Sequence record: OP729297.1
Length of the DNA: 64,000 nucleotides
Reading direction: 5' to 3' (one strand)
Shown: positions 62,315 through 64,000 of the stretch, in pieces
Layout of the letters: each line of letters begins with the position of its first letter
Position numbering within the stretch: the first letter of the stretch is position 1
Program-made: the position numbers and the translations under genes
Notes under the pieces: model-generated
Database searches by the model: none
Told to the model about the DNA's origin: nothing
What the model saw: only the letters and a program-made list of their open reading frames with translations

Positions 62315-62578
62315 TCAATCTGCCAACACGTAGTTGGTGTGCAGCTCGGATGCTGTGATTGCATCGAACTTACCATCTTCGCGTTTTATTGCATAGTTGC
62401 CAACTGCCACGTTCGCAAGAGTGGGCTTGCCGTACTGGTCAGTCACACCGATTTGAACGTAACGCCCTACAACGTAACCGCTGCCGTTGAGAAAGTTATT
62501 CATCTCCTCAACGTTCTCACCGTTCCACTGACAGGCTTCAATCACTGGAACTCGTTTTAACTGAAAGCGATTAATCAT
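62315..62578 (-). CDS. Widespread small phage protein (PV.IEA.QW.G.N ... G.Y.IK..G.F family)
   Basis: Motif recognised by eye; function not assigned. Confidence 0.55.
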   Translation of the reverse strand: MINRFQLKRVPVIEACQWNGENVEEMNNFLNGSGYVVGRYVQIGVTDQYGKPTLANVAVGNYAIKREDGKFDAITASELHTNYVLAD

Positions 62579-62590
62579 CGTGCCCTCGCG

Positions 62591-63211
62591 TTATTGCTGC
62601 TGGCGCTTTTCAAGGAACTCTCGCACCAACCCTGCATAGTTGTGATACATGCTGCGCTTCACACCGAGTTTGTGTGCTGCAACAATCATTGACGGACTCG
62701 ATAAGAACTTAGGCGTATCGTCCAGTTCTTCACGCGCGCCGTGTTCATCAAACTCCGAGCCTGACGCGAACCGCACTGACTTATCAGCGATAATAAATTC
62801 GTGGTCAAGGTCGAAGTGTTTGATACGCCCAGCGATGCGTCCGAGTTGCCGTTGCTTCTTGTAGATGTTTACAGAAATTGAGGAAGCAACAACAGGCGTT
62901 GAGCCACACTGCAAATCATCGCAGTAGATGATGTTATGGCTCTGACCGCATTGATCAATCATGCTACGTGCAACAAGAGAGCCTACGTAACTACTGATCA
63001 GGAACAGGCCGCGATAGGTACCCAGCACGTTACCGATATGTTTCTCGATCTCCTGCGCTTCAAAGCCCATAGACAATGAAGGATAAGGAGCATACTGAGC
63101 GCGAATGCGCGGATTGTTTGGAGCGTGAGTGCGGCAGTTGATATTCGACTCACGCAATTTCTCAGCTACATAATTGCAGCCTACGCCACCGTCAATGATG
63201 TGTACTAACAT
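62591..63211 (-). CDS. Hypothetical alpha/beta protein (Rossmann-like start VHIIDGG.G)
   Basis: GAGGA RBS; coupled to the upstream Asn-synthase-like gene. Confidence 0.55.
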   Translation of the reverse strand: MLVHIIDGGVGCNYVAEKLRESNINCRTHAPNNPRIRAQYAPYPSLSMGFEAQEIEKHIGNVLGTYRGLFLISSYVGSLVARSMIDQCGQSHNIIYCDDLQCGSTPVVASSISVNIYKKQRQLGRIAGRIKHFDLDHEFIIADKSVRFASGSEFDEHGAREELDDTPKFLSSPSMIVAAHKLGVKRSMYHNYAGLVREFLEKRQQQ

Positions 63212-63212
63212 G

Positions 63213-64000
63213 TTACGTCCTCGTTGACCAATCACGGGCAACATCCATGATACGCTTGCGCCCGTTGAAGTTGATCTCAGGATTATCCAGTAAGCGTTCG
63301 AAGTACGCAGGTACTCCAGCTTCTGTTTGATATCCGCGATGTGGGCGATGCCCTACAATAGCGATGTGGTCAGCCCATGCTTCTGTAATAGGTTGTTTCT
63401 GCTTAGGCTGATTGAGTTCCTGCCATGTGTACTTGATGAAGTAATCAAATACTTTCGGCTGCATCCACGGGTTAACGTGAACGAGGCCGAAGTGGTCACA
63501 CAGCATTTCGTGTTGCAGCATACCGCTTGGGTTATACCCATCAACACCGAGAGACTTCTTACCGTCTTTGATCCACGGGCGGAAGTATTCGGTGCGGTAC
63601 GCGTGATACTTTTCAGCGACTGAGTGCGGGCCACTTACTTTCTGAATGTGTGTATTGCGGTTATACAGGAAGTAACCGTCGGCCACCAGACCACTGAGCA
63701 CATACTTAAACCCAGCTTCTTTGATCGCCTTGTAGCAATACACCATAGGGTACGCACACTCATAGTCACGCTTCTTAATGCAGCGAAACTTTTTATGCAG
63801 CGTCTTCCAGCCCTGAGCAATAGCACTGTCAGACGTAGGCACTTTGACGAGCGTGAACTCCCAGCCCATCTTCTGTGCGACGATTGCAGCGTGTTTGCTA
63901 TCGAAGCTCTGGTTGTCGCCCATCTGGAAAGTAAAGGCATGGACCTTCATGCCGAGATCGTGCGCGGCGAGTGCGCTAACCAAACCGTCGAGGCCGCTCG
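63213..64000 (-). CDS. Asparagine-synthase-like adenine nucleotide alpha-hydrolase (5' truncated by the window)
   Basis: SGLDG PP-loop variant, AFTF...D...A..VA..G, VLSG..ADG.F, H.NPW. Confidence 0.7.
   Translation of the reverse strand, partial: SGLDGLVSALAAHDLGMKVHAFTFQMGDNQSFDSKHAAIVAQKMGWEFTLVKVPTSDSAIAQGWKTLHKKFRCIKKRDYECAYPMVYCYKAIKEAGFKYVLSGLVADGYFLYNRNTHIQKVSGPHSVAEKYHAYRTEYFRPWIKDGKKSLGVDGYNPSGMLQHEMLCDHFGLVHVNPWMQPKVFDYFIKYTWQELNQPKQKQPITEAWADHIAIVGHRPHRGYQTEAGVPAYFERLLDNPEINFNGRKRIMDVARDWSTRT

Overview
This window looks like a 64-kb segment of a large (jumbo-type) contractile-tailed phage genome with two convergent arms that meet at a bidirectional terminator (33561-33598). The left arm (1-33558, all + strand) is a virion fibre/decoration module. 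It contains Ig-like and tail-collar proteins, four paralogous collagen-like proteins (one ending in an intact Hint/mini-intein domain), lectin-like proteins (ILEI/PANDER-like, LamG/ConA-like, discoidin-like), a tandem array of about 14 paralogous fibre genes, a four-gene membrane/periplasmic cassette and a holin/spanin-like cluster. The right arm (33615-64000, all - strand) is mostly small hypothetical genes plus nucleotide and DNA-modification functions. These include an HD hydrolase, ASCH, DUF4326, an intein-split C5 DNA methyltransferase with a ParB-like partner, MazG-like proteins, thymidylate synthase, dCMP deaminase, a Dam-family methylase, a frameshifted Toprim primase-like gene and a truncated asparagine-synthase-like gene. 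Each arm has its own recurrent upstream motif: TAATTT..GAGT on + and AAWCTGTAAA on -. The gene content recalls the hairy jumbo myoviruses of Erwinia/Dickeya, but that is a recollection-based inference, not a search result. No tRNA, rRNA, CRISPR array, integrase or reverse transcriptase was recognised by eye. All domain calls come from visual motif recognition; start codons were adjusted from the ORF track where an RBS supported it.
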